Of a DNA stretch of 64,000 nt, positions 23,959-38,688 are shown in pieces; within the stretch, counting starts at the first letter, position 1; each line of letters begins with the position of its first letter. The notes under the pieces were generated by a model. That model worked only from the letters and a program-made list of their open reading frames with translations, did not search any database and had not been told where the DNA came from. Location: positions 12,338,001 through 12,402,000 of the forward strand of contig NW_027266277.1 in NCBI RefSeq assembly GCF_022045235.1. Reading direction: 5' to 3'. This DNA comes from Haliotis cracherodii. Its lineage: Eukaryota. The position numbers were made by a program, and so were the translations under genes.

Positions 23959-24298
23959 GGTTGGTTGGTTGGTTTGCTGTTTAACGCCGCACTCAGCAAC
24001 ATTCCAGCTATATGACGGCAGTCTGTAAATAATCGAGTCTGGACCAAACAATCCAGTGATTGATATCATGAGCATCAATCCACGCAGCGACAATATTCCA
24101 GGTATATGACAGCGGTTTGTAAATAATCGGGTCCTGTCTGGGCCAGACAATGCAGTGATTGATATCAGGAGCATCGATCCACACAATAGGGATCGATACG
24201 ATGACATACATCAACCACGTCAGCGAGCCGTACCACCGGATCCCGTTTGTCGCTTCTTACGACAAGCATAGCTTGGTGGAGACCTATTTTCTTACCCA
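23959..24298 (-). mobile_element. Retroposon family B, two nested or duplicated 3' halves
   Basis: CAATATTCCAG...GTGATTGATATCA..AGCATC occurs twice (~23995-24085 and ~24090-24180). Confidence 0.85.
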
Positions 24299-27200
24299 CC
24301 GATTCTTTCTTATAGCGAATACAAAACACTACATGAAAACAATGACACTTCTCTCAAGTTGATTGTTTGCACGTGTAAATGTATCATACAAACAATCGTC
24401 CGGCCACAGGCGCGTTCCAGTCAACAGAGTAATGGCATTTACACAAAGTCGTGGAATAAAAACCATTATGTTGTTACACCCTAATCTCTTACGAAATGTC
24501 ATTGCATTACACCCTCTCCGAAATCACCATGGAAACCCCAGATTCCAAGACCACACATCATAACCTGATGCATCATGTCTACTGTGACGTCACCGCACGT
24601 GCAAGACATCATCTCGGCTGTTTCCGTGACTCAACGGAAATGCCATCCATGTTTGTATCGCGACGAGGGACAGTGTGTGATGCGAGTTAAATATAGACAG
24701 CTGTCGTCATAGACTTCCCATTGTATATAACCTATATATATCCTTGCGCGACACAGAAAAGACATTGTCTCCTATAATCGTGTGTTTACTACGTGTAATG
24801 GCCTCCCGGCTTCCGCGAATGACGAGGCACGGAAATACTTAAGTTCTGATCACACACAAGGTACTGCTTTTTTTAGAAAACGTATCAGAATGAGTAAAAT
24901 TACATATTTATCATACACATCAACAGAAAAATACGTTTTTGATATATATGAAATTTTTAAATTTTTAAATTTTCAAAATAATGAAATAGTTGTTTGTGAA
25001 ACAATGAGAAAGGCGGTTCTCATATATTCATTATTAAACGTATACCGCAGTGTGGTGTAAAAAATATATATATAAAATTTAATGCATTTGAATATGTAAA
25101 TAGTGCCCTGTTGAATGTCTTCGCGGTGAATAGGTTATCTTGTTTAAGCCTCAGGAAGAGTACAACCCATTAAAACCCTACCCTGCTAGAATTAATATAA
25201 CTCTCCAAAGTTAATTCCAAAACCAAGAGCAAGCAGAAACCACAAAACAGATAGTAAAAACGGATCTATCCATTGCAACGGTTCCAAAGATAGCACAAAC
25301 GGTATATTCTTTCAAATCTTACATCTTCGTCTTCAATATTTGGTACCCCCATCAGAACTTAATCGTGAACTTTAGAAAGATACAGAGCTCTGCAAATGTG
25401 TCTTATTTTCTTTCCTTTTTATATAATAGTTTTTAATTTCAATTGTGTCTCTAAGTGGCCAGGACAATGTCACTGAAAACGAAATGTCTTTTATGACGAT
25501 GCAGGAAAGAGTCTCACCGGCCCTAGAGTGATTTCCTGTCATTGTCCTGGCATCGGGCGGGTAATAGCAGGTGTGGCCACAGTGGCGGGAGGGTGACAGG
25601 GCCCGTGGGCGTTTCCTGAGAGGGGGGTCTAAAGGTCCAAGGGCCCTCCTTTCAATGTAACCCATACATACTGTTGTAAGATACTCATTAAGGGCGGTGT
25701 TATTGATATTTCAACGTCCAACACCCTCAAATATCCAAATTCGGAATCTGTCCTTCAACTCTGAATCTGCCCTTCAATTCTGAATCTTTCATTAATGGGT
25801 TATTTCTAAATATTCACGAAAACAAAAATTAATTTTGATTGATTGTGTCTGTTGTGATTTTAAATCATTTTGGTTTGACATACTGAATCTGTACTTAAAT
25901 ATACTTGAAACAGTTGTGCTTTCATACTTGAAAATTAAACCATAAACAATTTGGAGGTTTTGAGGAACTGAATTGTTTTTGGAGCCGGAACCTCTAAATC
26001 AACTTCATTCATACACCTGAGTGTTATTTCCTTCAAACAGGATCGATTTAATTTTTAATGTCCGAAGTCACGATTTGCACCCGATTCCATGAAAACATAA
26101 CCAGTAGCATTCATTTACCTGTGGTCAGTGGTATAAATTTGATACTGACCGCACGCGATTGAAAATCCACGAGACCAAATGGATGGATATAAACTGGTTA
26201 AGTTCTGACCCCTCAGCGATCCGGGTCTCCCAGAACAACCCACCTCTGACCCCGTTTATCCCCAGGGAGGGGCCGGTCACTTGTTGTGCTTTCTCTGGCA
26301 CGTGAGTAATGGCGAGGGACTGGGGGTCGGGGGTTACCCTTGTCACGTGACCGCAGACATAACCACAGGGTATGGAGTACCCATTATGTTATATCTCCAT
26401 CTGATGTTCAAGAGAGGGTAATTTTATCCGAAGGGTATTACTACTTTTGTCGGGTTCACACCTGCTAGTCTGAAGAGAAGAATGGCCTGTTACCCGTTTT
26501 GTTTTATTTCTTGGACAAGGCGTTGCTTTAGCTGAGGATTCTTCGTTTGAGGTTTCAGTTGACAAACATTTTGAATAAAGTAAAGGGTTTATTATCAAAA
26601 TTTAAAATAAACCAGAGGACACAACAAATAGATAAATCTCTTTGATGGTGGTATATGGTGGTATTTACTTTGTTTTCTTTGCTGGTAACCAAAACAGCTA
26701 TCATAGCAAGTATCACTTTGTGAACATCGAGCATGTTTGAAATAGGGCAAATGATATTAATAAAGATTTTTTTTTAAAACTGTTTTGGTCAAATCCAAGT
26801 ATTTAAATGAATACTTTCTTTAGCCAGACACTTTACGTAAAAATATAAAAAAGGCAACTGACATTCCGAATCTTTGTTGATGCTTTATTTTTTTTTCAAA
26901 TGACACGTTTAATATATCTACAAAAACACATTTCATCATTCGACGCAGTGACGTAAAGAGTATGTGGGATATAATTGGTAATTCTAGTCATTTAATTTAA
27001 ACAATATTTTATTTCCATGTATGAAAATCTGGATTGGTCACCATAATGCCTATTTGAAGACCTCTCCAGTACACATGATTGATAATTTTCAGAATATTCT
27101 AGTCATATACAAGTTTGGTTTAATACTGGTACATTTAACTATACATAATACTGTAACTATCTATGCACAATTAATTTTAATCGGAGATTTGCGTAATCTC

Positions 27201-29606
27201 ATTACTTTCTCTATCTTTAAGATACAATGTGTTGTTTCTTAGTCTGTATATTACCAGTGTAATACATTTTTCTTGTAGCGAATTCAGAGAGAAATAAAAG
27301 AATCCTGATCTTCGGGCATTAATTAATAGGTCAAGAAGTTGTGATTTCTGATTAAACTTAGTTCAGCGTACGCAACACTGCCATATATGGTCTAGTGTTG
27401 AAGAGGCAACTCTATTAAAATTCTCCGGCCTATGAAAGCGGTCTCTTTGACGATCGGGTGGACTAACGCTTCGTCTCTCACAATATATAATTTTGATAGA
27501 AACAAACAACTTAATTTCTATTGAAAAGGTGCCCAAGTGAGATGGGAGATTCAGAACCTGATGAAAATGTAGACTTACTTCATTTAGGGCTGTAGCATAA
27601 CAGTAAGGGCGTGGCAGAAGGGAAAATAATACAGTTCAGGGTCTGACACAGATTAACAGTTTGATTCCAAGCACCGTACCATCACTGAGGAATACCTTTA
27701 GTGAATACATTCTGTACCAGTCTGGGTGATATAAATAGACAGGTCTGATCAATATTATTTCTCGTTAAAACAGAGAAATGTATTGTGTAGTGAAAGATTT
27801 TATTGACTTTTCGTGTATGTTCGTTTAGTCTATCTCAGCACGATCAGAGACCACATACCAATATACAGGTGTGTCGGAGTCGGAGTCGGAGTCGGAGTGC
27901 GGATTAACGGGTTTAATTGGTTCCCATCATTTGTGCCGGATAAACCGATTGTCGGATTAACAAGTGTCTGTTTAACGAGACTTGACTGTATATGGTCTAT
28001 GTCCCTATGGAGTAAAATCATCTCAAAAAGAGTTCAATTTAAAAAAAGGCCTCTTCAGAGTGATATCAGTGCATCCTTTAAAATTGGATTAGTTTCATTT
28101 GTGTAACAAGAGCGCCGAGTTTCACAGACAGGCACGTTCTGTATAGCCAGACATGACTTTCATCAGCTACAGCCAGAGACGTTCATCTCCGGGTCCCGAG
28201 CTCGCTCTCATACCCGACAACGGGACGGGCACCTGCTGTGTGTCCGAGCGATGAGCGGGGATGACACCTAACCCTGTGGGTGATGTATTGTGACCGGTTA
28301 ACATCACAATACCCACATAAACCTCTAACAAATAACCCTAATCGAGACAAGCTGATGTCCACTCTCTAACAATAGGCCCACAATGGACAACAAACACGGC
28401 TAATCGTCCCAATCTGATGTTGTGATGGCGATGTCCAGGATGGGCTATCAGGTCACTCGACCATCTTGTTAAGGGGGCTTACAAGGCGGTCAGCGGGCGG
28501 TAATTGGCGATGAGGCGGGACTAGATAGTAAATGGACATATAACTGGCCATCACTAAGTGGACAGCGGTCTTTATGTGGTGTGAAAGCTGTGTACACAAT
28601 GACTGGACATGACACCCGCCTGCATTCCTCTGGCCCAAAGCGGCCATGATGGATAATGGCCGTCACTGTTATCTTGTTTGGGTGATGAATTCCAATCCAC
28701 GATTAGTTAAAATTATAATAGCTGAACCAAAATGTGTTTGAATGAAAAAGATTTAAAAACCCGTTATATTATGCCTGTTGAACTTTTAATCAACTAATTT
28801 AAAAAAAGTCGCTGCCGTCAAAAACAATGGCTGCCATTGCTATCTTGGTGAATTCGAAATCCGATTTGCTGAAACTATTAAGATGTACCAAAATGTCTTC
28901 GATTGATATTATATGCTTTCAAAATTCCGCAACAAACAGATTGTGCTTGATTCCAAGAATTTTGTACATAAATATTTAAACAGGAGGACATCAAACCAGG
29001 AAGAACTCTCCAGCAGGATCCCGGATGTTGTCCACGTGGCTGGAATGGTAAAAACAGGATTTTAGAAATTATAAGTCGGATGTAGATTCTGTTGTCGGAC
29101 ATTCTTTAAAGCCCTTCAGATTTTATCTAATTGTTATTTGAGTATAATATCAATAATTTAAAGCTTGGCTAATTTGTCTTTGACTGGGCATTGGCTAAAT
29201 TAATTGTTAGTTAAACAGATATGGCAATGACGGAAATTATTTTTAATCAATCCCTGAATTAGATGGCATTTTGACGAAATATGTATCACGCGGGATTCGA
29301 ACCCTCGTGGTCTAACCTATACATACTTGCTAAACTACCGGCAGAAAGAATACACCTATGTTTGATGGTGGCTATACAAATAAAATGGTCATTCGATACT
29401 TGCAACGGGTATCATATCTATGTTGTGTTTATGACCTGAACTTTGCAGTATTTTTGCGACTGTTTTCATCCTAGTAACGTTTTGATAACGTCTCTAATTT
29501 TTTGGGTCACGCACAATTTTAAAATGCATTCTCTTGCCTGACAGTTTACTTATATAAGAAATGGATGCGGTCATAACGTTGAGTCTAATAATGGTATTGC
29601 TTATGG

Positions 29607-29876
29607 TGAGTGAGTGAGTGAGTTGGATTTAACGCCGCTTTTAACATTATTCCAGTTATATCACGGCGTGTCAGCTTAATGTGAGAGGAAGGCCCGAAGT
29701 GATGCAGGTCTCAGACGTTTACTACTTCGGTGAAACCCACGAGCACGGGTATGGTGCTGACAATCCTAGAAACATAATCGGGGCGAACCGGGATTCGAAG
29801 CCACAATAATAGGTTTCTGGCTTGCCCAAGGGACGCAACTCTGCACAGCGAATCGCGCCGCCCTAGACGACCCCGG
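29607..29876 (-). mobile_element. SINE family D
   Basis: Near full-length match to the 33166 copy. Confidence 0.9.
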
Positions 29877-30165
29877 CTTATGATGAAGTGGGATATAAAA
29901 TTAATGACACGCTAGTATAGATGAGCAACTTAATGTACATAATTATAGCGATGTTTCAGCGTAGATTCAGACACCGTCGTCAAGCAAGTTCATTAGTGTT
30001 GAGGATGAGCTTCTTTATATTGATCATAGCGCATTTCGGTGAACTTTCTTGAAAAGAGTGTAAGAATCCATGCCATGTCGAACACAACAATTAGGAGAAC
30101 GTGTTCTGCATATTTTGTGTGTGAAATAGGATAATTTATCTTTGGCCCAGCTCATTTACATGCAT

Positions 30166-30217
30166 TTCAATTGTCACATTCAATTGTCACATTCAGTTGT
30201 CATATTCAAATGTCACA
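30166..30217. repeat. 13-bp tandem repeat (TTCAATTGTCACA) x4
   Basis: Direct reading. Confidence 0.85.
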
Positions 30218-30248
30218 CAGTCAGGTAAATACAATAACAATTCACTTT

Positions 30249-30495
30249 ACCCGTGAAGATCCGGGGTAGAATAGGGGTAAAAGGCGACTATGCTTGTCGT
30301 AAGAGGTGACTAACGGGATCGGGTGGTCAGGCTCGCTGACTTGGTTGATGCATGTCATCGATCCCAATTACGTGGATCGATGCTCATGATGTCAATCACT
30401 GGGTTGTCAGGTCTAGACTCGATTATTTACAGACCGCCACCATATAGCTGGAATATTGCCGAGTGGGGCGTTAAACAACAAAAAAAACCCAACAA
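30249..30495 (+). mobile_element. Retroposon family B
   Basis: Match with a short internal deletion. Confidence 0.9.
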
Positions 30496-30626
30496 ATCAC
30501 TCACATAATTATCCTTTCAGATTCTTCCCACCGGTAGGACAGGATACGCTCACCCTTTCGAGAACACCTGGTGTCATCACATTGTCATGGTCATTTCTAA
30601 ACATATGTTCATGACATAGTCGCTTT

Positions 30627-30917
30627 AGGTCCGGGGTTCGATCCCCGGCCGCGTCATACCAAAAGACGTTAAAAGATGGTTCTTGTTGTTACCCTGTCTG
30701 GCGCTCGGCATTAAAGGGCTAAAACAAGGACTGGTCGGCTCGGAGTCAGTATACTGTGTCTGAGTGGGGTATTCATGTTAAACTGAGACATGGTATCTCA
30801 GTGTGCTAGCACTATAAATCGGCATCAGTCCAGACTACTGTAGTACAAGCAGCCACACACACACGTGCATGCAAGTCGCTATATAAGTGCGACGTTAAAC
30901 CCAATTTCACCTCCCCT
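30627..30917 (+). mobile_element. SINE family C, 5'-truncated
   Basis: TSD CATGA(C/T)ATAGTCG at 30610-30622 and 30918-30930. Confidence 0.9.
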
Positions 30918-31776
30918 CATGATATAGTCGGAATCATACACTGGACTGGTTTTTGCAGATATTTCTTATGATTATGGAAATCATTATGTCTCTTTTTATT
31001 CTTATCATGATACTCACCACATTTTAGTAAATCTCATTTAAAAAAAAATAAAAATTTGACTTTAAATCGTGTTCCAACTTGCGTGTGAAGCGTATGGGGA
31101 CGCGTTGGTGTAAGGCCTGACTGGACGTTTTAGTAAATTCTCACCCGAACAACCGTCAAGCCATCTAAGTCATAGTACGTGTACGTTTTCTTTTAGAGTA
31201 CACAAAAAGCTATAAAACTGTCGAATGTGTGAATGTTTAGAGTCAGAGAGTGGGTCTGAGTCTCCGTGTATGGGGTCGAACCCGCTTTGTAAATTAAATG
31301 CGCCACCAACTGGACTAGCCACCTCCCTGGTTAATGACCTATTGAGACATCATCATGTTGGATGTACTTCCCGGGACTTGGTTAAAGGAGGACTGTTGAA
31401 GAAAGGATGAAGCCACGGAGAGGATATAAGTCTCAAGAACGCGTAAGTAAGGCCCGGACGTCAACAATTAGCTGGACCAAGTACGCCTCCTTGGCACAGC
31501 TACCTGTTCCATTGGTGAAGCAGATCCTCTATCCTGGTTCGGCATAAGACGCCTTCTTTCTTAGAATTAGGAGTAAAAACAAATATTAGTGACATTTCAT
31601 CATCATCACGATGAAGATTCCCAGATGGAATCACACATGATCACCCAACCCGGATGTTCGGCGTTACGAGTGGCACTTTTAGGTCAAGGTCACTACCTGC
31701 TAAATTTGAAACAAAAACAGGATGTATTAATTTAACATGACTTGGGTTTCTGATTTTACAAAAATACAGTAGGAAT

Positions 31777-31918
31777 GTGAGTGTTGTTTTACGCCGCTTT
31801 TAGCAATATTCCAGCAATATAATTGCGGGGGACACCAGAAATGGGCTTCACACATTTTACTTTGGGAATCGAACCAACATGTGGGGACGACCGAACGCTT
31901 TAACAGCTAGGGTACCCC
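31777..31918 (-). mobile_element. SINE family A
   Basis: TTTTACGCCGCTTTTAGCAATATTCCAGC...GGGAATCGAACC. Confidence 0.85.
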
Positions 31919-33165
31919 TTTTCTAGAACCTGAAAGTCTACATCAGTCCTATTGCACAAGACGTCATGATGCGAATAATTTCTAAACAAATTTCACACAG
32001 ATAAAACGATTTCCCAGTTTGTACAAGACCACAGTTTCAGCAGGTCGAGATTGGTGAGGTCACGTGGATAAATTTAGCAGTTGCTCTATATTTGCCCCAA
32101 ATCACCTAACAAACATGTTCGATCCAACCAATACGACGTGCTATGATGCCGCATTAGGGCTACATAATGTGCACGAGTAAAACATGGTGACATTCATAAT
32201 AATTATTTTCTAGTTATACACAAACTGGTAGTCTGTCGCCCAGTCCCTGAACAGTCCTGAAAAAGCCCTACATGAAGCAAGTCTAGTTTTTCCTCAGGTT
32301 CTGGAATCTGAATCTCCCATCTCTGCCTCACTTGGGCTCCTCTTGAATTTAATTTTTTATTTGTTTCTTCCGATTTTTAAGTTTCATTCTGTATATTTTC
32401 AGAGACTTAGCGTCTTACAAACTGGGTGCAAGGGTGGGCTCAAGGTGACATGCGCCGTTAAATTCACTCACTCACTCACTCTGTCACATAAAGAATGTGC
32501 TCGCATTTCAACGAACCCACCACGGGTTTTATTTTATTACTCACCAACACCCACTCGCTCGCTCGCTCACTCACTCACTCACTCGTCTAAGGAATGTGCT
32601 CGGATTTCAACGAACCCATCACGGATTTATTTTACCACTTAAAAACATTCAGTGCGTGATAGTCTACACTAAATACTTTCCAGAGCGTCATAACCCTTAA
32701 ATTTACCAGGGATCCAGGAAAGAGAGAGCGTGGAGGCGGGGGAGGGTGATTCATCTGTGACAACCAGTTACATAAACCTCCATCATACAAAATATCTTTC
32801 TGTTATTCACATACTCGTATACGTCATTGTCTGGCTGCAGCCCCCCACCCCCGTCCCCACCCCCCTTCACCCACATGGATCAGTGAAGGTAACAATTTAA
32901 AATGTCACTCACACATATATACACTCATGAAGTGCAACAGATTTGACCCGACCATCCCAAAGTGAACAATTCGAAAATTTTGAATCCCCAACAGAAGTTA
33001 GGGTGAACTGACCCCACCCCATTTCCCGACCCCACTTTTAAAAATCCCGGATCCGCCTCAGGATTAAGCAATATTTGAATTTCAACAGATATATACATGG
33101 CCACTGAATACTGATAGCATATTTGTATGTCTTCTACAAAATGAAAACCAAATCTTAATGTGAAA

Positions 33166-33442
33166 GGGGGCACGGTGGCCCATTCGTCTAAGGCGCTGCG
33201 ATTCGCTGTGCAGTTGCGTACCCTGGGAACGCCAGAAACCTATGATTGTGGGTTCGAATCCCGTTTCGCCCCGATTATGTTTGTAGGTTTGTCAGCAACA
33301 TACCCACGCTCGTGGGTTTCACAGAAGTGGTAAACGTCTGAGACCTGCATCACTTCGGGCTTTCCTCCCACATTAAGCTGACATGCCGTGATATAACTGG
33401 AATACTGTTAAAAGCGACGTTAAACCAAACTCACTCACTCAC
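33166..33442 (+). mobile_element. SINE family D, full length
   Basis: tRNA-like head, core, shared tail, (CACT)n. Confidence 0.92.
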
Positions 33443-34827
33443 CTAATGTCAAAATGACTTTCAGATGCGACATTCATTATACAGATAACACTCATATAAT
33501 CCAGTACAATGGAAACCACGTATGTCATGATCTCCACCCCACATTGATTTAGTCAACATATTTTTTCTCTGCACTTAATTAATTGTTCACCTCACAATTC
33601 AAAAGCGCCTCCATTTTAATCTCGTTAACAAGATAATGAGAATGTTAATATCACGAAAACACTGACGCTGCGTTCATTACAAAGCAACAATCGCCGTTTG
33701 CTTTGTCCGATAGTCTAAATTTATCGCATAATGTAAATTTTCATATTTTCCCTGAAAGATTTATGGCCTTGAGAGTTGACAATCATACACGCCGGGATCG
33801 AGAGTGTGAATGTGAATTGGTACCCCTGAGGCTGAATCACTGACAGAGAAGACGTGTATTATGAACGAACAATGTGCTAGGCCACCGAGCGGACTCTTCA
33901 CGTAATTTTAGACCAATGACCTTGCTCCAAGATAATTAGACAGAGCTGACCAGCCAATCTCCACCTGTAATCAAAGTCTCAGGTAACTTCACTGTCAGAA
34001 CGCGCTTCAACGAACTTGATTTTTTCATCATCTTCGAGATTATTGTTTGCAACGCCATCTGTCGGCGAGAAACAGAATAATTAAAACACATCAGGTACGA
34101 CTCTCTGTTTAAGGGTTCTGTTGTCTCCTGACAACACTAAAGGGGGTCGTATTGTAATCATTTGGTCGCATTTCGAAATCAAAATTGGCGATGTTTATAA
34201 AATGTTTGTACTTTCCACATCTTAAAGAAAATATTAGATACCGCAAGCTCAGGAAACAGTATTCTATCTGGTTATTAACAAATGTCGTTTTGGGATGACC
34301 CCCGTCTATTGGTGAGATAAAGTGTGTTTTGTCCGGATGAATCCGGTTTTCTTTTAAAGGCTGTTCATAGCTTGACACTGTCTTGTTGGATAGTTAACGT
34401 TTAAAAGCAAAAAACAACAATTATTGTTCCTACGCCATATCTTATTGTCGCACACAGTACAATCCGCACCCCGAGTCAGGTAACTGTTGAAACTATGACA
34501 ACGCATTCTTAATTTACAACGATGTTAAAGTAATAATTATGGCTCGATAACAGTTTGTTATTCAATAGCAAATCGTTATCGCGATTACACAGATTTTAGC
34601 AATTATACCGGAGATGATTGGCATCGGTAACCATGGAAACATTACTATGATAAACGAATATTATAGACATTTTGGCAATATGAACAGATTTCATTAAAAT
34701 ATTGTGGTCATACTTTATAAAGAGATAACATAAAGCTGAGATAAGAATCTTCCACAAACGGTATTAGATTGTGGAATTTTCAATCGTCTTATCACTAACA
34801 TCGCTTGAGGGTTTAAAATATTTTTAA

Positions 34828-34920
34828 GTGAGTGAGTGAGTATGGTTTTACGCAGCTTTTAGCAATATTCCAGCAATATCACGGCGGGGACACCAGAAAT
34901 GAGCTTCACACATTGTACCC
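34828..34920 (-). mobile_element. SINE family A, 5'-truncated
   Basis: TSD AAAATATTTTT at 34815-34825 and 34921-34931. Confidence 0.9.
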
Positions 34921-35021
34921 AAAATATTTTTGAAAATATACTGTAGTCATGGTCATATTTTAAAGAGACAATTTTGGGCGCATGCTGACCAAAACCAGAT
35001 TCCCTCATTAAAAAGATGAAA

Positions 35022-35186
35022 GGTAGAGGAGTAGCCTAATGGTCAAAGGGTTTGCTCGCCACGCTGAAGGCACGGGTTCGATTCCCCTTATTGGTACAAT
35101 CTGTGAAGTCCATTTCTGGTGTCCCCTGCCGTGACATTGTTGGAATATTGATAAAAGTGGCATAAAAAACCATACTCAGTTATTCA
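35022..35186 (+). mobile_element. SINE family A
   Basis: A/B boxes and tail present. Confidence 0.85.
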
Positions 35187-36369
35187 AAAAAAAGTTTTTA
35201 GAAAAATGCTTGCGGCAAATCCGAAGCACAAATGATCAAGTTAAGTGACCTTAGCTGTTTGTCCGATCATCATCCGTGTCCCTTTCAACACAACGTGTCA
35301 GTTCACATTTACAAACGACCTTGCATCACACAGGTGAATTAAACACAAATACCTGCTGAACGATGCAGTTTGATGACGACCGTGAGCTTAAATGTCAATG
35401 TTCTTTTACAATTTAAACACGCATGTTTTACACATGGACTAGGTGGCTAAAACTGCCTCTTGAACAGATTGCCATCATAAAACACCCGTCATTAAATGGT
35501 TTAAGTGTAGTTTGTCGGGAGTTCAAGAAATCCCACGTGGGATGTCCATGTGCCCTACCTGTGCGTGTGGTTATCGCGTTAGCCTCTTTGGTTCTTGGAC
35601 AGATTGTTAATTGGTATTTTAATGCTGATCAGATAGTGCAAATGTGTAGTGATCTCTTGGCAGGTCGCGTCATACCAGCGAGAAGCATGACCTTGCGTTA
35701 TGGCGGGGAAAGGTTAAGCCTCCAACAAACCTTGTCACACAGTTCGCGACTCTGGATGAAATATGTTCTAATTTGGGAGGGTCAAACTAACCTCTGTGGC
35801 TACCAAAGACACGGAATGACCACTCCGTAGTGACCACGACCGTGTCACTCCATGGTCATAAGAACGTTTAAAGGAGACACTTCTTTGATACATTTGACGA
35901 CAATGTTCTTCAGACGTTCACTTTGAACAAGGAGGCATGGGCGTTTCACTTCGTGGTCAATGTGCTCGGACGTCTTTCAAATAAAATAGTTTTCTATAGA
36001 AGGCTGTTTAGTCATTTTAGTCAGTTATCATAAAGTGGGTTTTGTCCATTGGTCTTTCAAGTCAGACGAGTGACCTTATGGTTGAAGTTGCAGCTTGAGA
36101 AGCGGATATGGTATCGCTACCTTATTCGAGATGTTCTTTTCAGCGCTGAGGAGAGACCCTCGTGGCTGCTATTCTCCATGAGCAACACGCTGTGGGGTAG
36201 CCCTGGATCATTGGCATTATGGGAGTTTGATGGCCTTGACTTTGGACCGCCCGTTACCACCATGTCGACGTTTGAGAGCAAACGGAAACCTTGAAATAGC
36301 AGAGATTCCTATGCAGGGTCACGTGAACACACGCAACTCCATATTACGAAATCGCATGTGATGACTGTC

Positions 36370-37105
36370 GCTAATAACGAACTAATGTATCAGCCATGAC
36401 GAATATCAGTTTTAACGAACAAAGTTATTAGCCATGACAAATATCAGTTATAACGAGCTAAGGTATTAGCCATGACAAATATCAGTTATAACGAACTAAT
36501 ATATTAGCCATGACAAATATCAGTTATAACGAACTAACGTTTTAGCCATGGCAAATATCCGTTATAACGAACTAAGGTATTAGCCATGACAAATATCAGT
36601 TATAACGAGCTAAGGTATTAGCCGTGACAAATATCAGTTATAACGAACTAATGTATTAGCCATGACAAATATCAGTTATAACGAACTTACGTTTTAGCCA
36701 TGGCAAATATCAGTTATAACGAACCCAGATATTAACCCGAGATCACTATCGGTTATAACGAACCAAGATACATGTTTTGTTTGTTTGTTGTTGAACGCCG
36801 CACTCAGCAATATTCCAACTATATGACGGCGGTCTGTAAATAATCGAGTCTGGACCAGACAATCCAGTGATTGACATCATGAGCATCGATCCACACAGTT
36901 GGGATCGATGACTTGCATCAACCAAGTCAGCAAGCCTGCCCACCCGATCCCGTTAGTCGCCTCTTACGACAAGCATAGTCGCCTGTTGCAGCAAGCATGG
37001 GTTGCTGAAGACCTATTCTACCCCGGATCTTCACGGATCCCAAGATACATGTATTAGTCCCTGATCACTATCGGTTATAACGACAACTATCAGTTATAAC
37101 AAACC
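36370..37105. repeat. Minisatellite, 38-bp unit (GTTATAACGAACTAAGGTATTAGCCATGACAAATATCA), ~10 copies plus remnants, interrupted by family B
   Basis: GCCATGAC at 36431 and 36469 (38-bp spacing); array resumes after the insertion. Confidence 0.93.
36776..37039 (-). mobile_element. Retroposon family B
   Basis: TSD CCAAGATACATGT at 36763-36775 and 37040-37052. Confidence 0.92.
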
Positions 37106-37157
37106 AAGCATTAATCAGTTTAGACGTGATTGACTTCTACTTAACATCTGTTGCCTG

Positions 37158-37305
37158 TGGGTAGCCTCACACTAGTCAAGACCTTCGTTTATCACACCAA
37201 ATCCCGGGTTCGATTCATCCCACGGGTACAATGTGTGAACCCCATTCCTATGTCCCGAGTATACTTGGAATATTGCGAAAAGTGGCGTAAAACTATTATC
37301 ATTCA
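37158..37305 (+). mobile_element. SINE family A, diverged
   Basis: GGGTAGCC...CCCGGGTTCGATTC...GGGTACAATGTGTGAA. Confidence 0.75.
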
Positions 37306-38459
37306 GGGAACATCTCCACATCGTATACAATTCGACAAAACTGTAAACGGTAGTCAGACCAATATGTAAGATTAACCCCAATGACGGTTATACGAACATC
37401 TTCAACACACCCAACTGTTGGATATATCATAATACAAAAAGGAACGTTTTTTTACTTTACTGTCTGATGTTCATGTTTCGCGTCCCTCTAGAAATAGTTG
37501 ACAATGAAATATTATTTGTTGTATAATCAGGATAATCATAAACTGCTAGATTGATGACATCATAAAAGTTGATTTATCAAACAAATACAAGCGTTCTTAA
37601 ACGACTTGGTCGAACTTACTGGGACTGACAAAGTGGTTCGCTCGTCACGTCGAAAGCCCGGTATGGATTTACAAGGGTAAAATATCTGGAGCCCATTTTT
37701 GGAGTACCCCCTTTGTGGTCCCTTTGAGTTCGTTATAAACGTAGTTTACTGTATATTCTTAAAATCTGATTGTGCTTTACACCACTGAATATTGTAATTT
37801 GGCCACTGACTCCTTTTAACTTTTAACAGTTCAATAACTCAGCTATCACAAAATTATCCCTAGTCAGCATTTCAACCGAGACAAGAATGTTCATCCTCAA
37901 GGCTTCGTTACTAAAAGCCTTCCAGTCTGTGTTGTTGAGGGGTTGCAACCATAGCGCCTAGACAGCTCTGTGATGCCGGACCCTCAACCAGGATAGTTGA
38001 CCAGTGACCGGCGATTGTTGGTCAGCAGTGTCCGGCTTGCGTTCATTGAGGAAGTCCCCCTCAGAATATAAGGGTCAGGTCATTATGATGTCCCAAGTGG
38101 TCAGATCAGTGAAGTAGACCTGGGCAGGTGTCCAAGTTGGTTCCGCTAACATGTAAATTCCGACAGGGGGTAATGAGGATATGATATGTGAACAACGCTA
38201 TTTATTGGAGTTTAATTGCCATGTTCAAGACTTAGATGTCAGCTTACTGAAAGTGGGGCTATGATAACTGAATACATCGGGGTAAAACATGAAGGGCACG
38301 AACGCTGTCATGGGAAAGGTTGTTCTGCCATTCAGACCTATAACATTAAGAGAGCGGATTCGGTTCTACTGGAAGCGCTCATGATATCTCATGATATCTT
38401 TACAACTAATTCTCATCACTACCGTAGTATTTTGCCTTTTGCACAGAGTGAAAACTGTG

Positions 38460-38688
38460 AGGGAGGTGAGGGAGTTGGGTTTACGCCGCTTTTAACAGTA
38501 TTCCAGTGATATCACGGCGTGTCAGCTTAATGTGGGAGGAAAGCCCGAGGTAATGCAGGTCTCAGACGTTTACTACTACGGTGAAACCCACGAGCACGGA
38601 TATGGTGCTGACAAACCTAGAAATATAATCGGGGCGAACCGGTTTCATAGGTTTCTGGCGTGCCCAAGGGACGCAACCCGTGCCCCCC
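38460..38688 (-). mobile_element. SINE family D with deletions
   Basis: Core and tail match. Confidence 0.88.

Noticed and set aside
36370-36760. CRISPR-like look of the 38-bp array
   Set aside because: No spacers; simple tandem repeat.
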